Shown here: one piece after another, positions 54,245 to 64,000 of the stretch
Position numbering within the stretch: position 1 is the stretch's first letter
Layout: the number at the start of each line of letters is the position of its first letter
DNA from: Gekko japonicus
Taxonomy: Eukaryota
Direction: 5' to 3'
NCBI RefSeq assembly: GCF_001447785.1
Contig: NW_015165830.1
Coordinates: 3,888,917-3,952,916, forward strand
Length of the DNA: 64,000 nt
Translations under genes and position numbers: made by a program
The notes under the pieces: generated by a model
What the model was told of the DNA's origin: nothing
Seen by the model: the letters and a program-made list of their open reading frames with translations, nothing else
The model's database searches: none

Positions 54245-57200
54245 AGAGCCGCTGCTTAAAGACTGCTAGTAAGGAGTTCGCTGCCGGCCTCTGCGAGGAG
54301 GAGGTGTGAGAACGTAGCTCTGAGCTCTGAAGCTATTGGATAAGTGACCTATTTTAGTCCTTAACTTCTATTCGTGTCTGTTTGCTGCCTTCATTTGCCT
54401 CCAGTTGCTTATGACTGTTTAATGACTGTTGGAGTGGAGAGTTCACTGCAAGCTGACTTATAACACCAATTATGGGAGCCTGTAAACGCTCGGAAGACGT
54501 TGATTTACAACCGGCCATGAAACAAACAAAGATAGGGGAGTTTCTCTTATCAGATAACACTGTTTCCTACAGCATTCCTGTTGCTAACCGCTTTTCTCTG
54601 TTGCTTGAGCTTGACCTTGATGAGGGAAGGTAAAGGTAAAGGTTTCCCTTGCTCGAAAGCCAGTCAAGTCCGACTCTAGGGTTGCAGTGCTCATCTCCGT
54701 TTCAAGCCGAAGAGCCAGCGCTGTCCGAAGACGTTTCCGTGGTCATGTGGCCGGCATGACTAAACACCGAGGCGCACGGAACACTGTTACCTTCCCACTG
54801 AAGTGGTACCTATTTATCTACTTGCAATTTCTTGCTTTCGAACGGCTAGGTTGGCAGGAGCTGGAACTAGAGATGGGAGCTCACTCTGTCATGCGGCACC
54901 CTGGGTCTCGAACTGCTGAACTACCGACCTTCCACAGCCTGCAGTTCAGCATCTTAACCACTTGAGCCACCGCAGCTCCTTGATGAGGGAAACAAAGAAG
55001 CAAATTCCACAGCTATGTTGAACACATCACCGTCTTCTTCCTCTCAGAGAGCCGGTAGAACTTTCAATGCACAATTACCCTGAGCTTTAACGGTAGGCAA
55101 AATATTTGATTCATTAGAAGAGGTGAAAAACTCACTTGCTGAGCTGACACAGACACTGCAAAATTTGATGAAGCCGAAGAGCCTTAAGTTTGGTGTTCCT
55201 CCTGCAACTATGTTGAGAAAGTCTCCTCCTCGTGATGTGGCTTCCTCCAATTCACTCTCTGCTTATCCATAATCAACTCAGTCACAATCCATGAACCAGG
55301 TTGTAAGGGTGTCTGGAAATTCTTCTAGCCTATCTTTGCAGTCCTGTAAAGTGTGCCTCTCAATTTACGCTTACAGAGGAATATTGCCACTTTGGAATAC
55401 AAAACAACTAGTTGCCAGTCACATCAGGTCTCTATTTAAAGCTACAGTACGTCCTATGGATCTTGTTAAAGTGGAACTATTAAATTCATCTAAACACTCT
55501 GCACGAGTTCTGCTTTCTTTTGGCAGTCCAAATTTTCCCTCCCTGTTCCTTGCCCAGAAATTTTAATTGTATCCAAAAGGGATTGTACCAACAAGAGTTT
55601 TTATTGATGCTGAAGTCGCTCCCCTTTTTCCTAACCCGCCCCAGGTTTTTCTGGCAAATCAGGCCTCTGATTCTGGGGTGAAACTGACTTGTGAGGAGCC
55701 TCAATTCCCATTGGCGGATGCCTCGGAACTGATAACCTGGGATTAGCCAATCCTCGACCAATGATTCGGTTTGTTTGGACAGCTCAAAAGAGGATGCCCT
55801 ACTGAGATCTTTTGATAACCTTCCAGAGACAACTCTGCAGAAGATTTTTGATAGATTAGAAAGGCTTAGAAATAGCCTGCTAAAAACATCGTCTAACAAG
55901 AGGACAGATGACCCAGGAAATTCCTTTCTTGCTCCCATAACAGCAAAAACCTTCAACACATCTATTCCAAGATCTACTCAAGAACAACGCCCTATGGAAG
56001 TAGAAAATTACTCATATAAAAGACAATGTAATAATGGGCAAGTCAGGAAACTCCCTCTAAGGAGGACTAACGGATGTATTTGTTTGAACCCTGAGGATGC
56101 CTTAGACCTCATTTCTCCTATTCCATGACTAGATGGCTCTTCAGCTCACATGAACCCACATATCAAAATTCTATCTTGGAATATTACAGGATGGAGTAGT
56201 AGGTTAAAAGATCCACTGACCAGATCATTTTTATCAAATGTTCATATTATTTTGATCCAGGAAACCTGCGTCATGGGAGCTATTAAATTATCTGGTTTTG
56301 ATGTATATGAGGTAAATGCTCATACTAGCTCCTCTATGGGTCAGCCAAAATCTGGTTTAGCGTGCTTAGTTTCTTCAGCACTAAAATCTATTAAAGTTTC
56401 CCTTATTGCATCTTGCCGGTATGCATTAGCTCTGCTTTTATACTTTTCAACACTCCCACTTATAATTGTTTCATTCTACTTACCCCCACTGACAATACAG
56501 AGGGATATTATAGCACTCTGAAATGATCTGGGAACCTTTCTGGATACAATTATAGATCAGTTTCCCAGAGCTTCATTAATACTTGCAGGTGATTCTAATG
56601 CCCGTATTGGTCGAAATGATGATGTGCTCTCTATGCAGGGAAATATCAGCCATCTTCAAGAGCTTTCATACCCATACTTATTTGAAAGAATGTCTAGGGA
56701 CCATAGCATCAACTTTTCTGGAAAACAGTTAAATGTGTACTGGATCACAGACTAGTGATCCCATACAGGTACAGCAAAGTGGATACGGCTGGTGATTATA
56801 CGTGTCTGAAATACAAGGGAGCCAGTGTAGTCGATTACATGATAGCCTCACCAAATCTGCTTCCGTGGATCTGCGAGTTTAAGGTAGGGGATTATTGTGG
56901 AGGTGATCATCTTCCACTGCAACTCACTATGGCTTTCCCCCAGGGTAGTTTCTCATCATCCGGCCCCCATCCGAGTGTTTTCAGCGGGGAAATAGATGGA
57001 GTCCAATTAGATGGACACCAGAATTAATTCCCTGCCGTGTTGAACATCATGTCCTCATATGACTGTAATTTAATTCTTATTGAATCCATGAATCAGACAG
57101 ACCCCCCAGAACATGATAGAATACCTATCTACTAATTTAAATCTTTTAAAACCAGTTTGCTTAAAACCTTTAAGACCTTGCAGAACTGAACAGAAAAATA

Positions 57201-57356
57201 TTTGGTTTGATGGGTAGTGTAGAAGATTTTTTAGATTTGATTATTTTGACTGTAAATTTTGATTGTAAAGTTCGTATTTTGAGGCTAATGCTGTAGATCC
57301 ATGTTTGATAATTGAGCTTAAGACCTTTGGTCTTAGAAGCTAATAAACATAAGAAT
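54245..57356 (+). mobile_element. Internally deleted two-ORF LINE (RTE-X-like, clade uncertain): ORF1 and APE endonuclease, no RT
   Basis: APE motifs ILSWNITG, ILIQET, GDSNARIG, SVVDY, GDHLP; ORF1 remnant 54472-56128; AATAAA near 3' end; 58-bp flanking direct repeat. Confidence 0.75.
54629..54979 (-). mobile_element. Sauria-type SINE nested in the LINE ORF1
   Basis: tRNA-like head and (ACCTTT)n tail on -; TSD TTGATGAGGGAA; close match to 61116-61465. Confidence 0.85.
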
Positions 57357-58188
57357 AAGGTATAGCGGTGCATTCAAATCCCCTGCTGTGTGAACAATCT
57401 AACTGGACATTACAGGAGCTGAAGTATGAAAACACAGTGGTACAATTTTTTAGCAATGAAGAGCAACATCCATAGAACCGTAATGTAATATACTTAAAAG
57501 GAAACTCTGCTGAATTTGTGAAACCAATTTCTGGCTTTCAGCCATATGTATCAGAGAATCTGATTTTTATTACCACCTGAATTGACTATACAAATTGATG
57601 TTTAACACATAACAAAGTTTTACTGGCAGTGAAATCTGCAATTTGACTTAGCATTAGCACCAAAATGTCAGTGTCAAATATGAACTTCAAAATCTGCATT
57701 GATCACTGAGTGGGAAATAACATCCTTAACTTCAAGTTTAACTGTTCCATTTCTGGGCAAGAAACACTTGGGTGTTTGTCACTAACAGAATCTTGGATGT
57801 ATGCTTTTGCTTTCTAAACCAATGATTATTATTAAAATGCAACTCTTGCCAGTGCTGTAAGTGGACGTTAGCAAACAATATACATGTTAATGCATAAGAT
57901 GGGACCTGATATCACTTGTGATCTGCTATGCTGAATGTAGCCCATCAGCTATGTATTTTGCCTGTTAGGTCAAAGTCCTCCCTTTTTTGCTACTTTCCAA
58001 GGGACCTCCCCTCCTGCTCAAAAAGTAGGTAGAATTATTAAACTCTTAGCAGGCCTCAGTGCATAGCTGGACTACCTTCAGTTGGTGGATCACAATTTGC
58101 AGAGGCCTTGCATTAAGAAATAAGTAACTAATTTAGGATATGAAAACCTGAAGCACAGCTAGATCTTTTAGAAACTGAAGGTTCTTAC

Positions 58189-58370
58189 CTTCCTTAATAC
58201 TGTATTGGGAAGCTTCCTAATTTTCTCCACATGTTCTGGATTCACCCCCAGTTCACAGCAGCTCACTCGGAGCAGTTCGTTGTAAGTCAGTTCTTGTCGG
58301 TCCAGTTCAATTTCAATGAAGTCATTCTCTTTAAGAGTGCGGTTCTGAATTCTGACCTTTAGCACCAGTT
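58189..58370 (-). CDS. ANKRD40: ANKRD40 penultimate coding exon (182 nt)
   Basis: cctag|AACTGG...AGGAAG|gtaaga; ELVLKVRIQN...ENDFIEIELDRQELTYNELLRVSCCELGVNPEHVEKIRKLPNTVLRK. Confidence 0.93.
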
Positions 58371-59695
58371 CTAGGTTAAAAACAAACAAACACAAAACAC
58401 CCCACAATATGAACAATTTTTTAAAAAGACATTCATGCCTCTCAGGCATTACTATCACCAATAAAGGGTCTGAGCCAAGTGGCCATAGAGGCACTGACAG
58501 AGCAGCTGGGACTTGGCTTGGCTTGCTTCTAGCCACCAATCACCTCCCCTGTAAGTTAAATGGCCAGCTGGCCCCAGAAGTGTGACTTCCAAGGACAAAA
58601 TGAGCAGGACTGCACGTAGTCATTTTATTGTCATTACATCGCAAATGGTTGCCTCCATTCCTCTTGCTATGCTCTCTTTCTCATTTCAATGTGATGCTTG
58701 CACAGGAGCCAAATGTGGCACCAGCCAAAGGAGTAAGGGATGCACCAGTTCCACCTAAGCCAGAACACCAGCAAGGGGGGGAAGGTCATCAGTTATTCCC
58801 TTCCCTTCCCTTGTGAGTCTTGTCTTTTTAGTATGTCACCCTGACAGAATGACACCTCTCTTTTTATTGGTGTGAAGGCACTTTGGTAGATAATGGCTTG
58901 AAAAGCAGGGCGTAAACAAAAAGCAATAGTTAGATTTCCAGACCAAAAGCCCTTCCCACCAGCGTGCAGAGTCTTTGCTATGGGAGACCCATGTTCAGAC
59001 CAGAAGCTGCCCTGGAAGGCACAGCCATAAGGCATCCTCCTGCTGCCAGGGAACTTGGCCTTTAGTGTATCAGCAAACGTGTCTCCTCGTCAATGAACCC
59101 TTTTCCACAGCTCAGCTTTTGGAGTCTTATCACTGGCCACCTGCAAGAGCATGATGTCTTTCAGACGAAAGTGTAGACTGCTGCTGCTTGATTACAAGAC
59201 TGCCCAGGAGCAACAGGTGAGAAAACTGGAATATGAATCTTGATTACAGGGTTGATCCTGTCCTAACCTACAGGTGTCCATCTTACCATGCTTATAACAA
59301 GAACTGCAGTGAATAGCTACTATATTTGAGTCCAATGCAGGCAGCTTCTGTGAAGACTCCCATGCATCACTTGGGGGGGGGGAGTTATCCACAAGCAATA
59401 TTAATTTACCATCTGAATTTCTACCAAAACATTTCCAGCAAAAGGAATCAATGCAATTCAGCAAAGGGATAGTAATAAATGCCACACTGCATGACAAGTT
59501 ATTTCTATAGATACAACTGTTCACAGCCCATTGATATTAACCCCTATATATCCAGGGCAGCTATCATCAACTGTGGAAACAAAAGAGAACTGCTGCACAA
59601 GCATTTCCACAATCAACAAGAAACCTTTTAAATTTCCCTTATGAACCACTGTATTTGGTTGGCCTATTTGGAACATCAGAAAGGAAACTAAAAAA

Positions 59696-59901
59696 TTATG
59701 TTCCCTCTAAGCTATGGAGTCTTGTGAGCAAAAGTTCTCCTTTGTGAGCTACTGGCAATAAAGTTGTGAGCAAGCGATTTGACTACTGCATAAATTAGTT
59801 TGCTCTGGAGCCATCCTTCCTGAGTTAAGACAAAAATCTCTGAGCTGGAGGCTAAAAAACTGTGAGCTAGCTCACACTAACTCAGCTTAGAGGGAACACT
59901 G
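59696..59901 (-). mobile_element. 206-bp hAT-type MITE, copy 4
   Basis: Same body; left TIR end damaged and no TSD visible. Confidence 0.85.
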
Positions 59902-60015
59902 GAAAGGACCAACACTGATGAAGGGTATACCAAAGGACAATTTGTTCTCACCGCTGTAACCCGAGGAAACGCTAGGATAACTTGAAGGTTTGTATCTTAT
60001 ATCTGTTGAGGTTAC

Positions 60016-60486
60016 CTTGCATACTACTGACGGGAAATGCTCCAGTGAAGAAAAAGGGCTGAAATCCTGGGACAGGTGCAGCACAACAGCCATTTTTTTG
60101 CTGAGCTTCAGGCTGTTTAGGTTTAGCTGGAGTGGAGAGAGTCCTGCTTGGAGGAACAGGCATTTGGGGAAGGTGACCGTTCTGTATTGCAGGCTCTGGG
60201 CATTCTGCCTGGGATGATCCAGGTGTGTCCCCAACAGGAGGAGACTTTTCACGTTGCGACATGGCAGTGCCAGGCACCTGGACTTGAGGTAAAGACACGA
60301 GGCAATCCTCATTGTGCTGTTCAGAAGAAGGGGAAAGTCTTCCATTCGGAGAGGAAGAGGAGATGCTGGTAGTGCTGCTGCTCATGGAGTTATACACATA
60401 AGGGAAAGGCGGGTTAGCTAAGTAGCTGGGGATAATGGGCAACGCAGAGTCTTTCTTCACGTCCGGCAGTTCATCATCATCTTCTG
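60016..60486 (-). CDS. ANKRD40: ANKRD40 central Pro/Ser-rich exon (471 nt); ankyrin-repeat exons lie beyond the window
   Basis: ttcag|CAGAAG...TGCAAG|gtaacc; EDDDELPDVKKDSALPIIPSYLANPPFPY...FQPFFFTGAFP; phase 1-1 fits the next exon. Confidence 0.9.
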
Positions 60487-61115
60487 CTGAAAAAGACAAA
60501 GACAAACAAATTCTCGCAAAAGCCACTTCTGATTGGATAAAGAATACTGAAGTTTGGCAAGAACATGGGGGGGGGGGGAAGATGTCCAACACAGAAGGCA
60601 GATTGTTGCCAAGCAGCAAAGAGTAAATAACAATTATAAGTAACAATGAATGAGCCACAGATATGCTGCTTGTACATTTCTTGTGTTAATGTAAGTAGTG
60701 CCTGTGAATTACAGTTGATTCTCTGTTTTGTATCAGGACTACGCCTTTTCAAGAGCAGATGTGACCATATGCAAAGAAATTCACCTGCCCAGATACTGCA
60801 GAAAAATTACTACTTAGCATGTAGCAAATCACTAAGTCAGGGTTCCTTTGAGAGGAGAACTCACGGGGCAAGGGTCTATAGACAAACATTATTGGTTTTA
60901 ACAAAGAACTATTCGGGCCCTTTACAACTCAAAATCCTATTTATGGAGTTTATGTTCCTAGGAGTCCTCTTTTAACTTAGAGAAACTATGAAGGATGTTA
61001 TCCCTCAGGTTACAACTTTTACAGAGCAATCCGTGGGGGGTGGGGGATGGGAATAGGCAGCCTACTGACTCCTACGCTGGTGTAACTCAGATTTATGCAC
61101 ATGTAAGGGGCATTT

Positions 61116-61465
61116 GGAGCTGCGGTGGCTCAAGTGGTTAAGACGCTGAACTGCAGGCTGTGGAAGGTCGGTAGTTCAGCAGTTCGAGACCCGAGTGTGC
61201 CGCATGACGGAGTGAGCTCCTGTCTCTAGTTCCAGCTCCTGCCAACCTAGCAGTTCGAAACCAAGAAATTGCAAGTAGATAAATAGGTACCACTTCGGTG
61301 GGAAGGTAACAACGTTCCGTGCACCTTGGTGTTTAGCCACGCCGGCCACATGACCACGGAAACATCTTCGGACAGCACTGGCTCTTCGGCTTTGAAACGA
61401 AGATGAGCACCGCAACCCTAGAGTCGGATTCGACTAGCTTTCGAGCAAGGGAACCTTTGCCTTTT
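61116..61465 (+). mobile_element. Sauria-type SINE
   Basis: A box TGGCTCAAGTGG, B box GTTCGAGACC, ACCTTT-type tail, 12-bp TSD TAAGGGGCATTT. Confidence 0.85.
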
Positions 61466-62176
61466 TAAGGGGCATTTATGCTGGCACAGGGCATGAGCAG
61501 CACAGCACAGCACAGTGCACTTCAGCCACATGCTGGTGGAGTGATGGCACAAACCCATGCCAGCAGAAATGTGGGCGTGCCAGGGTGTGTGTCACCAACT
61601 ATTTGGCTCCCAAAGCAGTTTCACCATGGGAACGCCCCCCAGGACAGGCATAGCCAATCGGCAGCCATAGTAACTTGGGAACCCAAGCAGCTCAGAATGC
61701 CAAGTGTGCACCCAACCAGCCCATGCCAGCACTGCCTTTCCCCAGTCCCCAATGATGGCCCACCCCACCCTACAAATGGTTCCAGGAGGTTGCCCCACAA
61801 CTCCAGAGGGAGGGTGCATGGCATGGAATGCTGTCCGATAGCTCCCTGCTATGCAGACTTAGAGCTAACACACACGCAACTCAAGGGTGGGCAAAACATA
61901 GGCAGGCACCTAGCACTGCCGGGCAAGCACTTGGGGGGAATGCACCACCAGGAGAGCAAAGTCCACACTCTGTGGCTGAGCTCTCCCAGATCTCAGGCCC
62001 CACAAGTACAGCAGCTTGTCCGCTGGGATCCTAAGGGTCAGCCACGCAGGAACACGTAAACAAGGCACCCCTTTCCCAACCCCCATTCCTCCTCTTGGCC
62101 AACAACACTGGAACGAAGCTGCACTGAACACAGCATCTCCTGCTCCTGAACCCAGCACCTGGGGGGGGGGCAGGAG

Positions 62177-62382
62177 CAGTGTTCCCTCTCAACTGAGTTA
62201 GTGCAAGCCAGCTCACAGGTTTTTAGCTTCCGGCTCACACATTTTTGTCTTCACTCAGGAACGATGGCTCCAGAGCAAACTAAATTATGCAGTAGCCAAA
62301 TCACTCGCTCACAGCTTTAATGCCAGTAGCTCACAGAGTAGAACTTTTGCTCACAAGACTCCACAGCTTAGAGGGCGCATTG
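62177..62382 (+). mobile_element. 206-bp hAT-type MITE, copy 5
   Basis: Same body; perfect 8-bp TSD GGCAGGAG. Confidence 0.9.
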
Positions 62383-63528
62383 GGCAGGAGTGTGCCCCCC
62401 CCCCAAGACACACACGGACCAGGCCATTCAGTGCATCGGGGGCTGCCTGACGCAGCTGCCAGAGGAAGGGACCAAAGGTGGTGCCGGGTGCCCAAGGCTG
62501 CGTGTTGCACCAGCCGGCAGTGCCCCCCTTGCAACAAACGCTTCAAGCACCTGGGAATCCCCTCCCACCTGAGTGCCAAGTGATCCCACGTGATGGCCTA
62601 ATCCTGCCCTTGCAGGTGCAGAATGCCCTGACACTGCTGACAAGGCGCATCTCCAGGTACACAGTGATTCTGACAGAACGCTGAATGAAGTGTGGTCTGG
62701 ATTCTGCCACCCGGGGGGGGTCCCCCCCTTGTGGCATCGGAGTGCCAGACGGGGTGTCCTCATTGACCGAATGCCTGACAAGGTGCCAACAAGGAATGCT
62801 GCCAGCTGCTCCACCGTGTATTTTCCCCGTGCACAGGTGCCAATCCAACCGGGACAGACATCACTACCTCTATCAAAGCAAGACCCACCATGTGTCCTCT
62901 CTGCAACAACAGAAGCAGGCCCTTCTCTTCCTACACCCATCGGGAAGGTGCCCCTAGCACCAAAGGACCGAGGGGGGTTCCGCATGTCAACACCGTAATC
63001 CCTGTCTTGGTCCCCTCCAATAAAGCTCATCCATTGTGTGCGTCCCAGGTGTTGGTGCTTGTTATGGACTATGGGAGGTGGGAGCACATGGGGGGTGCTG
63101 CGCAAGACACACAATCCTCGCAGACACAACACAATCCTGACAATACTGTGGCCGCAGCAATGGACACAGATGGGTGGAAGGGAAAGACTATGCGACAAGC
63201 GGCCATTCCCCTAGCTAAAAGCACAGACCGCACACCCAGAAACTGCAGGGCCACGTTAACGTAGGATCAGCTGGGGTGCACCCTGGAGGAAGACGTCCTG
63301 CCACAGCAGTGAACACATACGCAAATGCCATGGGCACTCCTTCATGGATTGGCCCTGGCTATGGTCCCTGGGGCCAGCATGAGCTGATCCAGGAACCGTT
63401 ATGCAAATTACACTGTTGGCATAAGGGTCTGTCACATCACTGAGGCTGGGTGGGCAGCATTCCATGCTGCTGGGCAGAGATGGTCAGTTTCAGAGGGCAG
63501 TCCCCTCTGGAGGCCCGCTTGGCCTCCA

Positions 63529-63809
63529 GAGAGCCAGTTTGGTGTAGTGGTTAAGTGTGCGGACTCTAATCTGGGAGAACCGGGTTTGATTCCCCACTCC
63601 TCCACTTGCACCTGCTGATGTGACCTTGGGTCAGTCACAAGCTCTGGCACAGCTGTTCCTGAAAAAGCAGTTTGTGTCAGAGTTCTCTCAGCCCCACCCA
63701 CCTCGCAGGGTGTCTGTTGTGGGGAGGGGAAGGGAAAGGAGTTTGTAAGACGCTCTGAGACTCCAAGTGAAGGGCGGGGTATAAATCCAATCTCTTCTTC
63801 GTCTTCTTC
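63529..63809 (+). mobile_element. Squam3-like tRNA-derived SINE
   Basis: GAGAGCCAGTTTGGTGTAGTGGTTAAG head, GGTTTGATTCCCC B box, (CTT)n tail. Confidence 0.8.
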
Positions 63810-64000
63810 TTGGCCTGTCTGGATCCCAGCTTCCCCAGGGATATTTGTGTATGTAAATGAAGGGCTTGAACAGCACATAGCACCGGCTGCCAGGCACCCT
63901 CAGCTACCAGGCACTGACAGCAAAACCACAGGACACTCTCTACCCCCTCTGTGAGCGCCTGATTGCCCCTGCCCACAGCCACCTCCTGGCAAGTGATGGC

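Noticed and set aside
54187-57414. 58-bp direct repeats as LTRs
   Set aside because: No TG...CA ends, primer-binding site or polypurine tract; the interior encodes an APE endonuclease typical of non-LTR elements.
61116-61200. tRNA gene
   Set aside because: The A/B boxes belong to a SINE head with body, tail and TSD; the same applies at 16840 and 63529.
62428-63198. 256-aa ORF as a novel protein-coding gene
   Set aside because: No recognisable domain or exon structure; long frames are expected by chance in GC-rich repeat DNA.

Overview
Vertebrate genomic DNA. Sauria-type and Squam3-type SINEs point to a squamate, probably a gecko (inference). The + strand carries the last 20 coding exons of ABCC3/MRP3 (exons 12-31 by human numbering, 216-42185). 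I traced every exon by splice sites and reading phase, and the frame is open to the stop codon. One intron has a GC donor. The - strand carries the last three coding exons of ANKRD40 (60486-48032) and a predicted ~4.1 kb 3'UTR, tail-to-tail with ABCC3, which is the arrangement known from human. The introns hold many mobile elements whose ends and target-site duplications (TSDs) can be read directly: L2/CR1 fragments, a solo LTR, a DIRS 5' fragment, two non-autonomous Helitrons, five copies of a 206-bp hAT-type MITE, four ~510-bp Harbinger-type MITEs, a foldback element, tRNA-type SINEs and a 5S rRNA-headed SINE. The most unusual items are two LINE derivatives with no recognisable reverse transcriptase in the last ANKRD40 intron. 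One is a 1.8-kb ORF1-only 'half-L1' with a 16-bp TSD. The other is a 3.1-kb element bounded by a 58-bp direct repeat, whose ORF1 and endonuclease ORF are in frame and separated only by TGA-CTAG, a known stop-codon readthrough context. No database searches were run, so family names and novelty are from recall and need checking.
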